From a virus, in the IMG/VR virus record IMGVR_UViG_2554235236_000002: DNA of 64,000 nucleotides. The stretch is one strand, 5' to 3'. Numbering within the stretch: the first letter of the stretch is position 1; each line of letters opens with the position of its first letter. Made by a program: the position numbers and the translations under genes. A model generated the notes under the pieces. That model saw nothing but the letters and a program-made list of their open reading frames with translations. It had not been told where the DNA came from and did not search any database. Positions 38,790 through 48,463 of this stretch are shown here, piece after piece.

Positions 38790-40022
38790 ATGACGGGAAT
38801 AAAGGTAATTGATTCTATAATGGGTAGCGGTAAAACAACATACGTCATTAACATGATGAACAACTCATCAGAGGATGAGCACTTTATTTTTATTACGCCT
38901 TATCTTGATGAGGTGGCAAGAATAAAGAAATCATGTACGAATAGAAAATTTTATGAACCAAAAGTACATAGTGAAGAAGGAGAAACAATTTATAAACTTG
39001 ATTCCCTCCATAAGTACCTAGCAGAAAACAAGGATATTGTAACAACTCATGCACTGTTTAGTATGTCCAATGAAACAACCAAAGAGCTAATCTACTCAGG
39101 AAATTATACACTAATTTTAGATGAGGCAATGGAAGTTGTTAAGAAATTAAACATTTCTAAAGACGATCTGGATATGCTGTTTAAAAATAAATGGATTGTA
39201 AATGAAAACGGTCAAATCATTTGGAATGCAGAACATGAGGAGAAGTTAAACAGGGAATACAAAGGGGAATTTCAGCACCTTAAACAATTAGCATTAAGCA
39301 GAAATCTGATTTTACATAACGACAGCGTTCTATTTTGGCAATTCCCCGCGGATATTTTTAAACAGTTTAAACAGGTTTACAATTTAACCTACTTGTTTGA
39401 TGCACAGATACAAAAATATTATTATGACCTGAACAACATTAAATACAGCTTATATACAATAGCTAAAGACGGAAAGATTAACAAACTAATTAAATATAAT
39501 AAAGAAAGTGATAAAGATATCAAAGACAACCTAAAGAACAAAATAAAGATTTATGAAGGGCAATTAAATAAAATTGGTGATGACAAATTTGCATTGTCGA
39601 AAAGCTGGTTTGAAAAACGTTCAGCGCTACATAAACGTCTTAAAAATAATATTTTAAACTATTATCAAAACATAATTAAATCAAAGTCAAAAGATAATTT
39701 ATGGACAACGTTCAAGACGCATAAAAGCAAGTTGAGCGGAAAGGGATATACTAAGGGTTTTTTACCTTGCAATACAAAGGCAACAAATGAATATAGCCAC
39801 AAAAAGACACTAGTCTATTCAATTAACAGATTCGTTAATCCAGCAATAGACGATTATTTCAGATCTAAAGGAATAATAATTAATCAGGATGTTTACGCGT
39901 TATCCGAGATGATTCAATGGATTTGGAGGTCAGCAATAAGAAACGGAGGAGACATAAACATTTATATTCCCTCCTCAAGAATGAGGGGATTATTAAAAAG
40001 CTGGTTAGAAAATGAGATTTAA
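38790..40022 (+). CDS. yonV: SF2-helicase-like ATPase
   Basis: DSIMGSGKT Walker A, LILDE, QWIWRSAIR; 410 aa. Confidence 0.88.
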   Translation: MTGIKVIDSIMGSGKTTYVINMMNNSSEDEHFIFITPYLDEVARIKKSCTNRKFYEPKVHSEEGETIYKLDSLHKYLAENKDIVTTHALFSMSNETTKELIYSGNYTLILDEAMEVVKKLNISKDDLDMLFKNKWIVNENGQIIWNAEHEEKLNREYKGEFQHLKQLALSRNLILHNDSVLFWQFPADIFKQFKQVYNLTYLFDAQIQKYYYDLNNIKYSLYTIAKDGKINKLIKYNKESDKDIKDNLKNKIKIYEGQLNKIGDDKFALSKSWFEKRSALHKRLKNNILNYYQNIIKSKSKDNLWTTFKTHKSKLSGKGYTKGFLPCNTKATNEYSHKKTLVYSINRFVNPAIDDYFRSKGIIINQDVYALSEMIQWIWRSAIRNGGDINIYIPSSRMRGLLKSWLENEI

Positions 40023-40268
40023 ATTGCGGCTATGAAAAAAAAAGCAATAAATCATTTTTAAAAGTCTTCTGTCCCAAGGGGTTTTTAGACCTGTCCCGTA
40101 AAAGAAAGAGTGTATATAAATTAAAAGAATAGATAGAAAAACCTTGGGATGCTGACAAACATTTAAAACAGCTTCGCTGCCTTAAATGTTTTGGTCTGCA
40201 CCATCCCAAACCCTTCACAGACTTATAAATATAATTACATACAAATTAAAAATATTAATAAAAAATAA

Positions 40269-40297
40269 TTGACTATCTAAAATAGTCATGATAATAT
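40269..40297 (+). promoter_or_regulatory. Early promoter with palindromic operator
   Basis: TTGACT-17-TAATAT; GACTA-N7-TAGTC. Confidence 0.75.
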
Positions 40298-40328
40298 AAT
40301 AATAGATCAAATGACAAATTAAAAGGAG

Positions 40329-42272
40329 TTGTTTAAAATGGCATTATCTATTTATGATAAAAGAACGGCAAAGGTTGAAATTATGGGAGAGCTTAAAAAA
40401 AGAGGCTGGAAGGTATATGGATATAAACAAGACAAAAGCGATCCAATGACTGACTATTTTGATCCCGCATCATGGGATGGTATTGCAGAAAAAGACGGAT
40501 ACATAATTCTTATTGATATTTGCAAATATGATCTAGGTAAATCAGGCAAAAAGGTAACTAAAAAAGGTTACACTATTGATCATGCTAAAATTGCAAAACT
40601 TCAAGCAACAATTAACGATAGTGCTGCAAGTGAAAACGAAAAAGAAACGTCTAGAAAAATCATTGAAAAAATGAGACAAAAAGAAGAAATGGAAACTGTT
40701 GTTGTCTCTCAGTATCCAGTTTTTAAACATGCCAATCCAAGTCGAACAAATTGGCATATCGAAAAAGACGGGGAAATCATTGCAAAAGGTAATCGCGCTT
40801 TTTCTTTCTTTGATTGGAATAATAAAGAAGAATCGCAAGCTAAACTTGTGAAATTCGTCGACGGTTTAGAAAACAAAATCAATGAACAATCAAAGCTAAT
40901 TCCAGTTAAAAAACAAGTTGTTAAAAAGGTTGTAAAACCTGTATCAATTGATCTGACTATTGAAGAAGCTCAAGAGGGACAAACATACCTTGTAATTGAT
41001 AAGCCTTTGACATATGGCGTACAACAAGGATACGTTTATAAATTAACCAGAAAACAAGAGTTTAACGGGAAATTGTCTGTATCTTTCGTAAGAATGAATA
41101 AAAAATTAAATAAAGAGCTTACTGGCTCAAGCAATTCAGCGAACACTGCTTACTTTTCCGAAACTAATTTCAAAAGACTACTTGAAAAAGGATGCTTTCA
41201 CTTTGCAGAGTTGAAAGAGGTTGAAGAGGTAACAGAAAAGACTGTATATGTAAAGGCAAAAAGAGACACAGCTCAAAAAGAAAACCTTTTAACAGGTGAT
41301 TCAGTCGAAACAACAAACGAAACAGTAGAGGAAAACGCTCAAGGAACTGCAGAAAAAGAAACAACAGTTACATATACACTGAACGAAGAAAAAAACGGTG
41401 TTGAAATCCGTTTTAGTTCCAAACCATCTGAAGAGATACGGGAGCAGATGAAAGCGGCCGGGTTCCGGTGGTCACGTTATTCTAAGTGTTGGTATGCCAA
41501 ACAATCAGATAGTACAATTTCACTTGCTAAGGAACTAAGCTCGAATGATCTTAAAAATCAAGAAAACGCCTTTGAATATCCTGAAATAGATATTGATGAT
41601 ATCGAAACATATGTCATTGATCAAAAGACACAAGACCGCGAACATGGTGCACATTGGATTTTTAGAACAACCAAAAGAGATCACACAAAGGAAATCCAAC
41701 ACCTGTTCAACTCTTGGAATGATGAGGTTAAAAAGCTAATTAAAACAACTGATAATCAAAGTGTTATATACCATCTAAAAAAGGACTTGCAGCGGTTCAA
41801 AAAGCGTTATTATGATCTGTACGTGAAGTATTTAACCTTAAAAGGGAATAACCCTTCCTGGGCGGTTACTGGACGTGCTGGGCGTAATATGAGCAGATAC
41901 AGTAGATTACTGGATAGAGAAAATGCTGTGATGCTTCAGCTTGCAGAAATTCCAGAGGAATTTAAAAGAAAGCTATCCGAAGCAAAGGACAGAATTAGAT
42001 ATACAGAGAAAGAAAAAATCAAGAAACAGGTTTCCAAGATTGATAACATTATTGAGTTTAAAGCAGAAAATAAAGAATTTACTTTCATGAATCATCGAGA
42101 GAAAAAGCGGGCTTATGTTTATGGTGAATGGTTTATTTGTAAGGCATGGGGAGCGTTTCGAATCTTTTTTAAAGACAGGGAAGTTCATACAATGTTGACC
42201 ACAGAAACGTTAAATGACGCTAAGAAATACGCGACCTATTTAATAAGTCAATACAACTCAAAAATATCATAA
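40329..42272 (+). CDS. Multi-domain early protein with DUF3560-like segments
   Basis: EIRFSSKPSEEIREQMKAAGFRWS...WY and NPSWAVTGRAG motifs. Confidence 0.7.
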   Translation: MFKMALSIYDKRTAKVEIMGELKKRGWKVYGYKQDKSDPMTDYFDPASWDGIAEKDGYIILIDICKYDLGKSGKKVTKKGYTIDHAKIAKLQATINDSAASENEKETSRKIIEKMRQKEEMETVVVSQYPVFKHANPSRTNWHIEKDGEIIAKGNRAFSFFDWNNKEESQAKLVKFVDGLENKINEQSKLIPVKKQVVKKVVKPVSIDLTIEEAQEGQTYLVIDKPLTYGVQQGYVYKLTRKQEFNGKLSVSFVRMNKKLNKELTGSSNSANTAYFSETNFKRLLEKGCFHFAELKEVEEVTEKTVYVKAKRDTAQKENLLTGDSVETTNETVEENAQGTAEKETTVTYTLNEEKNGVEIRFSSKPSEEIREQMKAAGFRWSRYSKCWYAKQSDSTISLAKELSSNDLKNQENAFEYPEIDIDDIETYVIDQKTQDREHGAHWIFRTTKRDHTKEIQHLFNSWNDEVKKLIKTTDNQSVIYHLKKDLQRFKKRYYDLYVKYLTLKGNNPSWAVTGRAGRNMSRYSRLLDRENAVMLQLAEIPEEFKRKLSEAKDRIRYTEKEKIKKQVSKIDNIIEFKAENKEFTFMNHREKKRAYVYGEWFICKAWGAFRIFFKDREVHTMLTTETLNDAKKYATYLISQYNSKIS

Positions 42273-42291
42273 ATAAATTAAAAGAAATATG

Positions 42292-42320
42292 TTGACTATT
42301 TAACGTGGTCGTCTTATAAT
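42292..42320 (+). promoter_or_regulatory. Early promoter with degenerate operator
   Basis: TTGACT-17-TATAAT; GACTA-N7-TGGTC. Confidence 0.7.
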
Positions 42321-42354
42321 AAAGACACAAACAAATTAAAAGTTATAGAAGAGA

Positions 42355-43053
42355 GTGATGACCATGAAAACTTATACATACAAAGGGCAAGAAACGAGCC
42401 TAGTAGATTTTTTTGAAGATGTAGTTCTAGATTGCTTTGCGGAGGCTGTCTTTAGTGTAGATCATTGTATCTATGAAGATATGGCAGAGGAGCAGCAAGA
42501 GAAGGTGAAACAGACTTTCTTCAAGATGCTTGAACAAAAAGAAATTGAAAAAGACTTTGATAAAAAATACAAATTTCCTATGATGATTTACGATTTCAAA
42601 GGAACGTATCCGGGGAACTGTATTACTGATCTTTTAGAATCATTTATGTATCGCGAAGACGAAAAAACATTCACCGAAGCAGCTAGGCAACTTGAACCCT
42701 TAAAAGGCGAGAGAGTAACATTACTTGAATATGATGACTTTGGCTTTCCAAGTGTTACGCAAACAGTTGTCAAAGAGGTTTCAGTAGAACCCTATGCTCA
42801 ATATAAATACAGCCTTTTTCTTACTCACAGAGTGAAACGTAAACGCACTGATTATAAGGAGGTATTTACACCTGTTAATACATTGATAGTATATAGAGGG
42901 TGGCATGACATTGATCCGAGAGCTACAGAAGTAGTGAGTGAGACGCCAGACTTGATTGTAAAACAAAGTAGATACGGAGCGTTTGACGTTCGTTTTATAA
43001 CAGATGCTATAAACTCAACTTATTTAAAACCAGTTGTCAATATTATAAGGTGA
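42355..43053 (+). CDS. Hypothetical phage protein (232 aa)
   Basis: ORF after promoter. Confidence 0.8.
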   Translation: MMTMKTYTYKGQETSLVDFFEDVVLDCFAEAVFSVDHCIYEDMAEEQQEKVKQTFFKMLEQKEIEKDFDKKYKFPMMIYDFKGTYPGNCITDLLESFMYREDEKTFTEAARQLEPLKGERVTLLEYDDFGFPSVTQTVVKEVSVEPYAQYKYSLFLTHRVKRKRTDYKEVFTPVNTLIVYRGWHDIDPRATEVVSETPDLIVKQSRYGAFDVRFITDAINSTYLKPVVNIIR

Positions 43054-43319
43054 TAAGAGTTATGAGAAAAAGAGCGGGTTTCGTGTATAGCAAGCGTGTA
43101 GGCGATCCATCAAGCAAATATGGTTTAAATCCTGATCAATTTGAAATTGATATCATGAATAAACAAAGGCAAACCCAAGAGCTTAAAGAACATTATAAAG
43201 AATCCTTATACGAGCTGATTAAAGTTAATGCTTTAGGGCATGAAATGTTTCCGGATGATAGGTTTTCCTTAATTCTAGAATGTTTAAGAGAGATTAAAGA
43301 GGAATTAAAAATAAATTAA
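43050..43319 (+). CDS. Hypothetical protein
   Basis: ORF coupled to upstream gene. Confidence 0.55.
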   Translation: MIRVMRKRAGFVYSKRVGDPSSKYGLNPDQFEIDIMNKQRQTQELKEHYKESLYELIKVNALGHEMFPDDRFSLILECLREIKEELKIN

Positions 43320-43328
43320 AAATATATG

Positions 43329-43357
43329 TTGACTAATTAAAATAGTCATAGTATAAT
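43329..43357 (+). promoter_or_regulatory. Early promoter with palindromic operator
   Basis: TTGACT-17-TATAAT; GACTA-N7-TAGTC. Confidence 0.75.
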
Positions 43358-43432
43358 AAAAACATAAGAAAAAGCAATTAATAAAAACCTAAAATACTAA
43401 TTAAAAGTAAAACGAGAAAAAGGGAGAAGGAA

Positions 43433-43783
43433 ATGAGAAATAAAAAGTTAATGGAAAAAGTAAATGATTTAGGTACTCAAAATTTAAGCACAAGAGAGCA
43501 TAGTACAAGAGTAATGATACAAATAGCAATAATCATGAAAGCGTTTGGAGTTAAAAGAGATGAAATCAACAAGCCAGCAAGGGATTATGAGAGAGAGATT
43601 ATTCTATCCGATGATGAAATAAGAGAAGAATTCTATAGTGAATTGAAATTCCTAAACAGAGCTAAAGAAAAAAATGATATTGATAAAATAAAAGAGTTTA
43701 AAAATGGAGTTCACTATTTTATTGACGCTGTAAGATTTTTTAATGCTAGCTTAGCAGATGAATTTGAGACATATGTTAATTGA
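43433..43783 (+). CDS. Hypothetical protein (116 aa)
   Basis: ORF with RBS. Confidence 0.75.
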   Translation: MRNKKLMEKVNDLGTQNLSTREHSTRVMIQIAIIMKAFGVKRDEINKPARDYEREIILSDDEIREEFYSELKFLNRAKEKNDIDKIKEFKNGVHYFIDAVRFFNASLADEFETYVN

Positions 43784-44351
43784 GAATGGAGCGGTTAAAA
43801 TGACAAAACAATATATGATTAAAGATCTTCAAACGGGAGACTTTTCACACCATACTACGCTAAACGATATTTTTGAGGACTTGGCTCAAGATTATCTTTC
43901 TAATGATTGGACTGATGAAGAAGCCGGGGAGCTCGAAACAAAATTTAAACAGTACACAGAAGAGGAAAAAATAGATTTTGTCCAAGACGAGTATGAATAT
44001 AAATTAATTGCATATCCTACTCCGCAACAGATAGCAGAGTGGGAGGAGTTCACCGGGATGAAATGGGAAGAAGACAAAGAACCCAACAGGGTGTTTGTCA
44101 TCTATACTCTGCATATTCGGGACAGAGGGAGAGGAGGGCACACTTGGGGCATTAAAGGTGTGTTCTACGATCGACACGAAGCAAACAAAAAAGCTATCGC
44201 AATAAGGAACGAACATATAGAAGAATGGTACACTTCTAAAAACGACAATTCTTATGAAGTATACGAGTTTATGAAAGGCTTAAATACTAGTAGTGTAGAG
44301 AGTGATAACAGTTCTTTTGAAATCAGTGTAACAGAAGAATATTGCGAGTAA
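43758..44351 (+). CDS. Acidic hypothetical protein (likely start 43800)
   Basis: ORF with RBS. Confidence 0.7.
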   Translation: MNLRHMLIENGAVKMTKQYMIKDLQTGDFSHHTTLNDIFEDLAQDYLSNDWTDEEAGELETKFKQYTEEEKIDFVQDEYEYKLIAYPTPQQIAEWEEFTGMKWEEDKEPNRVFVIYTLHIRDRGRGGHTWGIKGVFYDRHEANKKAIAIRNEHIEEWYTSKNDNSYEVYEFMKGLNTSSVESDNSSFEISVTEEYCE

Positions 44352-44382
44352 AGATATTTTAATAGATGGGAATGATTTAACA

Positions 44383-44595
44383 ATGACACACAACGAAAAA
44401 TTACTAAACGCATTAATGCAGTTCAAAAATTCAGCATATGAAATTCGGGATCTTTGGGAGCAAGCCGACAGCATAACAGATAGTGATCTTTGTGATGATT
44501 ATCCATTTGATAATGATTTTTGTGAAGTTGTTGAAAAGATAGGTGACTGGGTAATGACACAAAATAGCTTATTAAATCAAAATAAAACAAATTAA
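44383..44595 (+). CDS. Hypothetical protein (70 aa)
   Basis: ORF with RBS. Confidence 0.7.
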   Translation: MTHNEKLLNALMQFKNSAYEIRDLWEQADSITDSDLCDDYPFDNDFCEVVEKIGDWVMTQNSLLNQNKTN

Positions 44596-44631
44596 AATGA
44601 TTAAGGTGAGATGTAACAGACATCTTATAAC

Positions 44632-44696
44632 AGTCGTGGCGGCGACGTTAAATAGGCATTAAGCCGCCAGCGTTCCCCACATTGGGGAGGTTGCAA
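44632..44696 (+). ncRNA. Pistol self-cleaving ribozyme
   Basis: P1 GUCG/CGAC with loop UGGCGG pseudoknotting to CCGCCA; UUAAAUAG linker; P2 GCA/UGC; UUAAG; GCG; P3 CCCC/GGGG; AGG-U cleavage motif. Confidence 0.9.
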
Positions 44697-44727
44697 CAGG
44701 AATAACTCTATATTTCATCGCAATAAA

Positions 44728-44952
44728 ATGCGAATTAAAAAGAAAAGGGATGATAATATGAATGAAATGGATTTAATTCATGCGTTTAAATCAATGCTAA
44801 TGGTAGCTAGAGAATACGAATTAAAAATTGATGAGAAGTACGAAGAATTAGAAAATATCCTTTTAGAAGAGTATGACTTAGAAGTGGTTCATACAGTGGA
44901 TCATGACATGATGGATAGTATGGAAAACGTGTATCAACTATTAAATAAATAA
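44728..44952 (+). CDS. Hypothetical protein (likely start 44758)
   Basis: ORF just downstream of the ribozyme. Confidence 0.65.
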   Translation: MRIKKKRDDNMNEMDLIHAFKSMLMVAREYELKIDEKYEELENILLEEYDLEVVHTVDHDMMDSMENVYQLLNK

Positions 44953-44985
44953 AATGCATATTTTAAACAGAAAGGGAGTTGTCAA

Positions 44986-45246
44986 ATGAGTTACGGTGGT
45001 TACTACGGAAAATTAGATAAAAAATCAATTGTATATGTTTTGGATAATGGGATAGCTAGTTTAAAAGATGAAGTTATTGGCAGAGAGCGTGATCTAGAGT
45101 CACTATGGTTTAAATATAGAAAATTACATCAAGTCCTTTACGGACAAGGGGATATTTTACTATCTAATACAAATAAAGTTCGGTTCGAAAGTAGACTTAA
45201 CACTGTTCTGAAAAAGTTGGAGAAATTAGAAGGTGAAAAGAAATGA
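44986..45246 (+). CDS. Hypothetical protein
   Basis: ORF with GGGAG RBS. Confidence 0.7.
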   Translation: MSYGGYYGKLDKKSIVYVLDNGIASLKDEVIGRERDLESLWFKYRKLHQVLYGQGDILLSNTNKVRFESRLNTVLKKLEKLEGEKK

Positions 45247-45315
45247 TTTCAAAAGGTAGCTAGAATGACTTTAAAGCAGATTTTAATTTGAATAAAACAA
45301 CAATTTTACAGGAAG

Positions 45316-45600
45316 GTGGATATTAAAATGGAACAGAATGAAAATACTTGGGGATTAGCTTTTGTGAAAATTGATCTTAAAAATGATCAGTTTAATGAAT
45401 TGTTAGCGTTGAACTTAGAAACAGAGCAAATAGCAAGAGAAGTATTTGGTCGAATAAAGAACGAATTTAAAGAGAATAAAGGTGAGCCTGATTGCCTTAT
45501 TGATTTAATTGATGAACATAACGACATTATAGAAGACTATCCTCTTACAAAAAAACAAATAGTCACCATTGCTTCATTGTTAGGGCATGAAATCAAATAA
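45316..45600 (+). CDS. Hypothetical protein
   Basis: ORF; stop codon lies inside a palindromic motif. Confidence 0.7.
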   Translation: MDIKMEQNENTWGLAFVKIDLKNDQFNELLALNLETEQIAREVFGRIKNEFKENKGEPDCLIDLIDEHNDIIEDYPLTKKQIVTIASLLGHEIK

Positions 45601-45667
45601 AACAGCAGTTTCATTCAGATTACATTTGATTGTATAATATAGGAAAACTAAAGCGGAGGGACAGGTT

Positions 45668-45898
45668 ATGAAAATCATTAGCATTAAATTTGATGTTTCT
45701 TACTTTGAAATTTACGCGGAGTTTTCCAGTGAATCAGAATTTCATCAGTCAGACTATGATATACAGATGGATTTGCTAATGATGACTAAAGCTATTTTAA
45801 AGGCTGCAGGCTATTCAAATTATTTAACAGTGGATACATATATGAAAGACATTGATCGAAATTCTGTTTTCTGTTCTTATCAACTTGAAAACAGTTAA
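45668..45898 (+). CDS. Hypothetical protein
   Basis: ORF with GGAGG RBS. Confidence 0.7.
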   Translation: MKIISIKFDVSYFEIYAEFSSESEFHQSDYDIQMDLLMMTKAILKAAGYSNYLTVDTYMKDIDRNSVFCSYQLENS

Positions 45899-45969
45899 AA
45901 TAAATTCAGGCAAAAAACAGAGAGCTACAGGCATGTATAAAATCACACCGGAAAATAACTAAATAAAAC

Positions 45970-46206
45970 ATGAATTTTAAACAAATTAAAAGGGATGCAG
46001 TAAAATTGCTTGATCAAATACATGATTGTTTTGTAAGTGTATATAGAAGAGTTCCAAATAAAATGGAATTAAAAATTATTGCAAAGACTTTGCCCGCGGA
46101 AATTAAATTCCTTGCTGATCAATGGGGCTGGAATGATACAGAAGTAGGGGACAAGGTGCTCTATTGGATAGCACAAATGAAAGCAGAAAAGGAGAACCAA
46201 ATATGA
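45970..46206 (+). CDS. Hypothetical protein
   Basis: ORF. Confidence 0.65.
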   Translation: MNFKQIKRDAVKLLDQIHDCFVSVYRRVPNKMELKIIAKTLPAEIKFLADQWGWNDTEVGDKVLYWIAQMKAEKENQI

Positions 46207-46358
46207 AGACAGAAAAAGAATATGCTGTAATGACGCATAGGATATGTCCAAAGTGTAAAAAGAAAATGCTAAAAGAGTTAGGAGCGGAATATCCTAAAAC
46301 TGTGAAGTGTCCCAATGGCTGTATAACAACAAAAGAACTTGCTGTCTTTTGTGCATAA
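46203..46358 (+). CDS. Small zinc-ribbon protein (MKTEKEY...CPKC...CPNGC)
   Basis: AAGGAG RBS; two CxxC pairs. Confidence 0.6.
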   Translation: MKTEKEYAVMTHRICPKCKKKMLKELGAEYPKTVKCPNGCITTKELAVFCA

Positions 46359-46390
46359 AAAACGAACTTAACTTAAAGGAGCGGCTTTAA

Positions 46391-46603
46391 ATGAACTTAC
46401 ATAACAACCTATTCCACGAAACGAGAGAACAGATCAAATCATACTTACTCACCCCAGAATCCTGTGACATGGTCAAAGAATGGGGGATGCAGGAGCAAGT
46501 GCTTGATGAACTTACGGAGGGATATTTTGAGTTTAAAAAGGAACATCACGGCAACATTAACGAATATATCTCTCGGCGTATAGAGCTGCCTTACTATCAT
46601 TGA
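46391..46603 (+). CDS. Hypothetical protein
   Basis: ORF with AAGGAG RBS. Confidence 0.7.
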   Translation: MNLHNNLFHETREQIKSYLLTPESCDMVKEWGMQEQVLDELTEGYFEFKKEHHGNINEYISRRIELPYYH

Positions 46604-46713
46604 AATACTAATTAAAACAACAATCATCATTATAGACTAATGCTGATTTTGAATAAAAACATTATTTTATGAAAAATTTACTTCTGAAGAGAAGGGATAA
46701 TACTGTAAAAGGT

Positions 46714-46884
46714 ATAACAGCTCTTATCTTTTATTGCGAGCAAATTTTGATACGCAAAGGGATTTTTTAAGATACCACATAGCTCACTAAAAAAATTAAA
46801 ACAGTATAACAGCAGCGGAAAAAAGTTGCGGGCAATTTTTGCAGAAACGATATAACAGCCAACTTGAAAAATCGCGGGCATTTT
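46714..46884. repeat. Three copies of the bipartite motif ATAACAGC-N12-T(T/C)GCG(G/A)GCA
   Basis: Copies start at 46714, 46806 and 46852; further copies at 49397 and 51698. Confidence 0.75.
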
Positions 46885-46943
46885 CTAAAATAGGAAAATT
46901 TTGATTGACGTTTTTAAATAGTCGAAGTAAAGTTGGATAAGAG

Positions 46944-47159
46944 GTGAGAAAAATGATTAGATCAAATTTAAAGGCTATTGCAGATGAGGCAGGCATTTCA
47001 ATTTCTCGATTAAGTGCCGAAATAAATCATGGGAAAGAAACCGTTAGAAAAATGTACAATGATGACATGGAGCGGTTTCCAAGAGAATTGCTTGATAAGC
47101 TTTGCAAGCATTTCAACTGTGAACCAGGAGACTTGATAAAATTCGAAAAAGATGAATAA
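46944..47159 (+). CDS. yopB: Cro/C1-type HTH regulator
   Basis: [21 protein letters not shown]...[12 protein letters not shown]. Confidence 0.8.
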   Translation: MRKMIRSNLKAIADEAGISISRLSAEINHGKETVRKMYNDDMERFPRELLDKLCKHFNCEPGDLIKFEKDE

Positions 47160-47174
47160 ATTTCTAATTAATTA

Positions 47175-47203
47175 TTGACTATTTAAAATAGTCGTTATAT
47201 AAT
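47175..47203 (+). promoter_or_regulatory. Early promoter with perfect palindromic operator
   Basis: TTGACT-17-TATAAT; GACTATTT-A-AAATAGTC. Confidence 0.8.
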
Positions 47204-47242
47204 TAAATCAGAGGTTAAACAAATTAAATGGAATGAGAGGGA

Positions 47243-47521
47243 ATGGGGATGCCGAAATACAAAATCTACTACGGAGTAGGCGGAACAATTAACGACATCA
47301 CAAAAGATAATGAAGCTTATGAATATGAAAACTACCAAGAAGCGTTAAATATTGCTCGACAGCAAGCATGTGAAGCATTTGAAAGTTATGAAAGAATGTG
47401 TGGAGTTACAAGTATAGAAGAAAGAATCGAACAGGACGGGTTGACAGAGGAAGAAGCTGCAGCAGAATACAATGAAGATGTTGAATCATGGATTGAGTAT
47501 GGCGCAGATGAAGTTGAGTAA
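47243..47521 (+). CDS. Acidic hypothetical protein
   Basis: ORF with RBS. Confidence 0.7.
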   Translation: MGMPKYKIYYGVGGTINDITKDNEAYEYENYQEALNIARQQACEAFESYERMCGVTSIEERIEQDGLTEEEAAAEYNEDVESWIEYGADEVE

Positions 47522-47747
47522 AATATTTTAAAAAATACACAATGATGGAAAGAAGAGAAAATAAATGGCAAAATCAATCGATCAAATTCAAAAAGTGAAT
47601 TACGGGAAAATTGATTTTGATAGCTGGGTTGATGCTTTAAACGAATACCTTAATTGCCTGTATGATATTGGTGACACGGTAACACTTTCTAGAGACTCAA
47701 GAGTTAACGATGAGAAATTTTTGTGGGTTTCCTAATTTTAATAAAGG

Positions 47748-48041
47748 ATGATAAATCAAATGGATAACAGCTCAACTTCAGTCAGATCTTTAATTTTTAG
47801 CACGCATATCGAAAGATTGAAAGAGTTGCTGTTTAAACTTCATGATGGATCAATTACAAAAGAAGAACTCCGCGAATTGTCTAAGATCCATTTAGAGTGT
47901 ATGGAAATGACCGCGCATGTGGTTGGGGAAGCAAACGAATTTCTTTTAAAGTCTGATTTACTTCCTGAAGACGATGCTAAAGAAATGAGTGAGCTGCTAC
48001 ATAAGATCAAAGAAAGCAACAAGGGAAAGAAAGATTTTTAG
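47748..48041 (+). CDS. Hypothetical protein
   Basis: ORF. Confidence 0.65.
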   Translation: MINQMDNSSTSVRSLIFSTHIERLKELLFKLHDGSITKEELRELSKIHLECMEMTAHVVGEANEFLLKSDLLPEDDAKEMSELLHKIKESNKGKKDF

Positions 48042-48064
48042 AAGAAGGAAGCGGGGGAGTATTT

Positions 48065-48244
48065 ATGGAGCAGAAATATAGAGTGATCAAGGATATTCCA
48101 GAAGGGTGGGAAACAGGTGCCGCAGTAGGGGATGTATTAACCGTAAAGCCTTGGCAAGGAGAATTGACCTTGATGAAAGGTGATAAAGCTGTATGCGATA
48201 CTGATTCTGAATACGCTAAAGATTATTGCGAAGAGATTGATTAA
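48065..48244 (+). CDS. Small protein, 59 aa (MEQKYRVIKDIPEGW...; not in ORF track)
   Basis: GGGGAG RBS; stop codon lies inside a TAAAA-N6-TTTTA motif. Confidence 0.7.
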   Translation: MEQKYRVIKDIPEGWETGAAVGDVLTVKPWQGELTLMKGDKAVCDTDSEYAKDYCEEID

Positions 48245-48279
48245 AACCAGTCTTTTATAAGAAAGTGAGGAAATTGAAA

Positions 48280-48432
48280 TGTCAGATAAAGAATACCTTT
48301 TAACATATAAAAAAATGGAACAGTTGATTTTGGGTGGTTCGATACCGAGGAAGAAATGAGAGATTTTTACGAAGTAGAGATAATTGATAGCGTCCGAATC
48401 TGGAACGCCGAAGAAATCGATCTATCGAAATA
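48280..48432 (+). pseudogene. Small gene frameshifted in an A7 run
   Basis: MSDKEYLLTYKK then NGTVDFGWFDTEEEM... in another frame; one extra A at 48309-48315 joins them. Confidence 0.45.
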
Positions 48433-48463
48433 ACAGTAGCTTATTGCTGGGGGAGAAATAACT

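Noticed and set aside
43912-43939. CUGAUGA...GAAAC hammerhead-like core
   Set aside because: Stem II does not pair properly, no stems I/III, and it lies inside a coding region (WTDEEAGELET)
46678-46996. Minus-strand ORFs 46678-46881 and 46796-46996
   Set aside because: They overlap the repeated motif and the yopB promoter, lack an RBS and look spurious
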